64,000 bases of DNA from Octopus vulgaris (taxonomy: Eukaryota): assembly GCA_951406725.2 (NCBI GenBank), contig OX597832.1, forward strand, positions 24,614,001 to 24,678,000, given 5' to 3'. Both the position numbers and the translations under genes were made by a program. The notes beneath the pieces are model-generated. The model did not search any database. It was given only the letters and a program-made list of their open reading frames with translations, and was not told the DNA's origin. Below are positions 59,256 to 64,000 of this stretch, in pieces. Within the stretch, counting starts at the first letter, position 1. Every line of letters begins with the position of its first letter.

Positions 59256-59498
59256 TGTTGGTGCGATATTAGACTAATTTCCGTATAAGATATACGGTTA
59301 AAACACACACACACACAAACACACACTCACACACACACAAACACACACAAAGACACACACATATATATATATATAACGGCATACACAGCAGCACGTACAG
59401 TGATCTGTACAAAACTGCAAAATTGCATCGAGAATTTTGGCATCGAGAACTCAGCATATAGAAGGTTTTCCGTATAGCAGTCGGTCACACACGCACGC

Positions 59499-59553
<55 letters not shown>

Positions 59554-59825
59554 TGCAGGCATGCCTATGTCTAAATATTCACAAAGAAATACGCACAAGC
59601 ATATACGGAGATACATGTGTATATACATGTGTGTGCGTGCACATAGCTATGTAGACATGCATACATACATTCATAGACACACATATATATGTATATGTAT
59701 AGTCACGAACTTATAAAAATACTTATAAAACATGAAAAGAAAATGACAGTTTTTGCCAAGAATCCGTAGACATCAGTGGAAAGATACATACATAAATATA
59801 TACATACATATATATATGTATGTAG

Positions 59826-59869
<44 letters not shown>

Positions 59870-59922
59870 TCTGTCATGTATATATATATATTTACACACG
59901 TATATACTTATACATATCTATG

Positions 59923-59963
<41 letters not shown>

Positions 59964-60084
59964 TTATATATAATATATATGTGTGTGTATATATATATAT
60001 ACATACATTTATATATATATATATATATATATATACATTTATATATAAATATATGTGTGTGTATATATATATATACATACATAC

Positions 60085-60124
<40 letters not shown>

Positions 60125-60949
60125 TATATGTATATTTATATATACACAAAATGATCTTCTATCCTGAAACACTTGGTATCATCGCTAGGGGTATTTTACA
60201 ATTAAGAAACAAATTTTTTTTTTACACGGGTATCAACGCATCGAATTTATCTGTTACTATTTTGTAGAACTATTTCCATAGAAAATAAAAATTTAAAAAG
60301 AAAATTAAATTCATGGTATCTATAAAATTAAATCGCATTTTCACCTGAGGCATCATATATTTTTACAGAATTTATACTTCTAAACGAGTCGTCGATTAAT
60401 TGTATAACATTGTCTATTTTTTTGTGTGTGTGTGATGAGTTGGATCTTAAAATTTTACATTGTGCCATAATAGAAAGTTGAAACTCGAGTGCGTGTTAAA
60501 TTCCTTTCTTCTCTTCCGTGTTTGAAATATTTGTATATTTTTTATTCTAGAGAATAAGATTATTTATATAAAATTCACTAAACGTGTGAAATAATTATAA
60601 ATATTTTTTATGTCATCTAGTGTAAAACCGAAAAAAAAAATATTCAGAATTATTTCAGAAGAATAACATGATATAAAACAAAATATATCCATTTTAATTC
60701 TAACGTTTGTTGCATGTGATTATTTTGGCAAATGTAAGAGGATGTAAGAAAACCGACACCGGTTACCAAGCGTTGTGTGGGCAAAACAAAATCACACACA
60801 CACACACACAAACATAAACACATAAATATCACGAGTTTCCACATAGTTGCGACAGTGGTTCTAAACCGGATCCACACGACCTTTGAGGGGCCGCATGACC
60901 CTTGGATGTCCATAAAAGATGTTCTTGTATTCTCTTTACTGTTTTTACG

Positions 60950-61359
60950 CTTTTACTCTCTTTTACCCGTTTCAGTCATTTGAATGCGGCCATGCTGGAG
61001 CGCCGCCTTTAATCGAGCAAATCGACCTCAGGAATTATTCTTTGTAAACCTAGTACTTATTCTATCGGTCCTTTTTGCCGAACCGCTTATTTACGGGGAC
61101 GTAAACACACCAGCATCGGTTGTCAAGCGATGTTGGTGGGGACAAACACAGACACACAAACATATACATATACATACATATATATATACATATATGCGAC
61201 GGGCTCTTTCAGTTTCCATCGATCAAATGACTCATAAGGCTTTGGTCGGCCCGAGGCTATAGTAGAAGGCACTTGCCCAAGAAGCCACGCAATGGGAATG
61301 AACCCGGAACCATGTGGCTGGTATGCAAGCTACTTACCACACAGCCACTCCTGCGCCTA
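60950..61359 (-). mobile_element. SINE-A, full length
   Basis: Reverse complement of the family sequence. Confidence 0.88.
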
Positions 61360-61458
61360 ATAAAATTTAATATGTATATATGTATTCAATGCATTAAGTC
61401 TCATTGTTGGGCGTAAGGCCCAATGAAGAGCTTAAAAGGAGATAGCTTAAAGGCCTTA

Positions 61459-61514
<56 letters not shown>

Positions 61515-61635
61515 CATATATATGTATGTATATATACATACACACACACACACCTATATATATATATATGTAGACATTATATATATATATGTAGACATAT
61601 ATATATATGTAGATTATATATATATATATATATAT

Positions 61636-61992
61636 ACGAACAAAACGCCCCCGTCCAATGGACGGTACTGGGTTGTCAAACATTGAAACCAAATTTTCTC
61701 AAAACAACTAGTCCGACTGCCACATAGGCCTCTCCTTTGAGAAACACTGATTTAACCTAAATTTTAGACACCAGCAAAAGAAGAAATAAAGATAGACTTT
61801 TTCTATTCCAAAGAAAAACGATTTCCCACGGCTTTATCGATCGCATTCTCGCCTGGAATCGATTTTTTGTAATTTTTTCAACACTTATACACATCCTAAT
61901 ACCGTCGGTATATACATATCAAATTTGAGCGCCATCGGATGGAGGATGCCCGAGATCCTAGAAGCCACACAGACACGCAGACAGAACAGATT
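61636..61992 (-). mobile_element. Short Helitron-like repeat, copy 2
   Basis: Same family as 54493-54835. Subterminal hairpin ccgtcca-a-tggacgg near 61650-61664. Confidence 0.55.
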
Positions 61993-62048
61993 TTGTTGGA
62001 GATTTGTTTTCCTCTGTCTTCCCTTCTCTGGATCTTTCCTTCTCCTAT

Positions 62049-62083
62049 GTTTCCGACGAAGAGCTCCACTCGAAACGTTAAAC
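62049..62083 (+). ncRNA. Minimal hammerhead-like motif (U4C core variant) in a Penelope-like 3' end
   Basis: GUUU-CCGACGA-A-GAG-cucca-CUC-GAAA-CG-UU-AAAC with an AACGUU palindrome. About 100 nt of tail follow, then (TA)n at 62184. Confidence 0.5.
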
Positions 62084-62774
62084 CCTCCTTCTTTCCTTCT
62101 TTCCTGAGTGTCTAATAATACTATATTTGTTCTACGTCCTCGCGTTGTTCTGTTTTTGTTTGTGCTTTCTTGTTTGGATTAACTATATATATATATATAT
62201 ATATAAATATATACATTATATATATACATTATATGTATATATATATGTATATGAAATAAAGTGTTATATATATACATGAACACACACTCACAAGCACCAA
62301 TATATATATATATATATAAAGCATCATGTGATCACTACTATATATAACTATATAGAAATATCTAAATAGCAACCTAACGTATGAAATCTAAAATCTCGCA
62401 GTAAAATGTTTAATGCAGCCGCCATTAATTCTGTGACGCATTAACTATCAAATTGTTTATGGATTTAATAATTATTAATCCATTTACGCATTTATGTATA
62501 TATTTCGTTGTCAGTTTCAGGCAAACTTTACATGCAGATAGCTTTGACATCGAACTACGTAGAATTTGATTGATTGATTGATTGATTGATCAGTTGTCTC
62601 ACTGAGAATGACACATACCGTCATCATGACTCGGTTGTTTGTTTTATTGTTTTTCTTTTGGTTTGCAAATTTTTAGAGTTTATTTTTATATTTTGTCTTA
62701 GCGTCAACAAATTTAACTAAATTGGCTGTAGGAATACAAGGAGCAAAGCGATAACAATAACAATGTTGACAACG

Positions 62775-62829
<55 letters not shown>

Positions 62830-62831
62830 TA

Positions 62832-63288
62832 AATACTCTGATGCTGTAACAGGCAGTGGCTCTCATGGCTTCTGATCTTGACTGATTTGAAGTCTTACCA
62901 TGTACATTGATTTTTCTTGGTATAAAATATTGGCCAAAGCAAATGCTCTGCTCAAAACCACAGATTTGCTTGTCAGTTGTTCGACCTTAACCAGTTGAAC
63001 ATGTCCCTTAGTGGCTGACGATATGTGCATCTCTGATCACGAACAGAAGTAGTGGGGGATCATCATAGCCATGTGTTGAGAGGAAGTATTTGGGGTTTGG
63101 ATTATTCACCTTTGGAAAGAGGGGTGTTTCGTTCAACATCCTTAAACAACTCTTATTCACGGACATTTTGAGTGGGATGGGCTACTCGACCTCAAAAATT
63201 TCTAACTGGGCCCCAACCGCAGGTTCATGCACTGTTTATCTTGATATGAGATCACCATGTCGCGCACATATGGCTGTAATGCGCCTGT

Positions 63289-63290
<2 letters not shown>
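62832..63290 (+). mobile_element. Repeat family D, 5' part (starts in (AAT)n)
   Basis: 63251-63290 overlaps in sequence with 38662-38705. Preceded by (AAT)n and cut by an RTE fragment. Confidence 0.55.
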
Positions 63291-63336
<46 letters not shown>

Positions 63337-63655
63337 TGTGTCTGTGTGTGTGTAGTTTGTCCGTCGATGCGACGAAGACCATCTAGTCATCCGGGGGTGG
63401 GGCTGGGCTTCTTTTGTGAGTCCGCAGATGGCTAGTGAGGCCAGTCTGCGCCCGAAAGAGTATTTGACAGTATGTAGAGGGAATGGTAGCGTCTGCTACA
63501 GGGTTGTTAGCTCTGCCCTTCCTGGCTTGTCCGCGGTCTTCTGCAGCAGTGATCCTATTGGTCTCGCATGTGTTGGCACCCCTGTGGACAGCTGATCTTC
63601 ACCCTTCTGTCTAGAGCAGACTGCTCCCAAGTGTCATGGTCGATTTGAAGAATCT
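63291..63655 (-). mobile_element. RTE/BovB-like LINE 3' fragment with (CA)n tail
   Basis: Minus strand (one frameshift) reads IDHDTWEQSALDR..RSAVHRGANTCETNRITAAEDRGQARKGR..YCQILFRAQTGLTSHLRTH, then a short UTR and (CA)n. Confidence 0.8.
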
Positions 63656-64000
63656 TGTACTTTGATAAATAGAATATCAATTTGATATCTGTTAATGTTG
63701 GTTAACAATTGCCGAACACGAAGAGTTACCAAAGTGAAGCAAGCTGCCTCCGATTAAAGTACAAATTTTAAAAACATCAAATATTGCCGAAAAACAACAC
63801 AAAAAATAAAACAAAAGCAAAACCAGACCACGATTCAAAAACAAAGATTTCAATAAACAGTAACAACAATAGCAACAAAAACAACAACAACTGTCAGAAA
63901 AAGCAGCAACAAAACGTGGATTTTGTTTTGACTTTTACCTGCTTTTCTTGTTCGTTGTTGTTGTTGTTGTTGTTGTTGCTTCGGTCGGCGCATGTTCTTT

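Overview
AT-rich, microsatellite-saturated eukaryotic DNA with no host exon that I can recognise. The SINE and repeat content looks like coleoid cephalopod (Octopus-type) intronic or intergenic sequence; this taxon call is inferred from recalled repeat families. Almost all ORF-track entries are artefacts of (TA)n, (CA)n, (TAA)n, (GAT)n, (TTC)n and (CTAT)n tracts. Real content: (1) a 5'-truncated R4/Dong-like non-LTR retrotransposon with RT and restriction-like endonuclease (56.1-58.5 kb), lying in (TAA)n next to an older copy's 3' end, plus a second subfamily fragment at 9.2-9.5 kb; (2) 3' fragments of CR1- and RTE-type LINEs; (3) three tRNA-derived SINE families with many copies; (4) non-autonomous Helitron-like elements, a deleted mariner, a MITE with an 8-bp TSD and internal TTAGGG repeats, and a candidate solo LTR; (5) four type-I hammerhead-ribozyme-like motifs, all in elements bordering (TA)n. 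Two of the hammerheads belong to one non-coding family whose ~565-590-nt unit occurs as a 1.2x tandem (45.1-45.8 kb) and as an inverted, circularly permuted copy (53.2-54.0 kb). This suggests a Penelope-dependent, retrozyme-like RNA replicon copied from a circular or multimeric template. All alignments and folds were done by eye.
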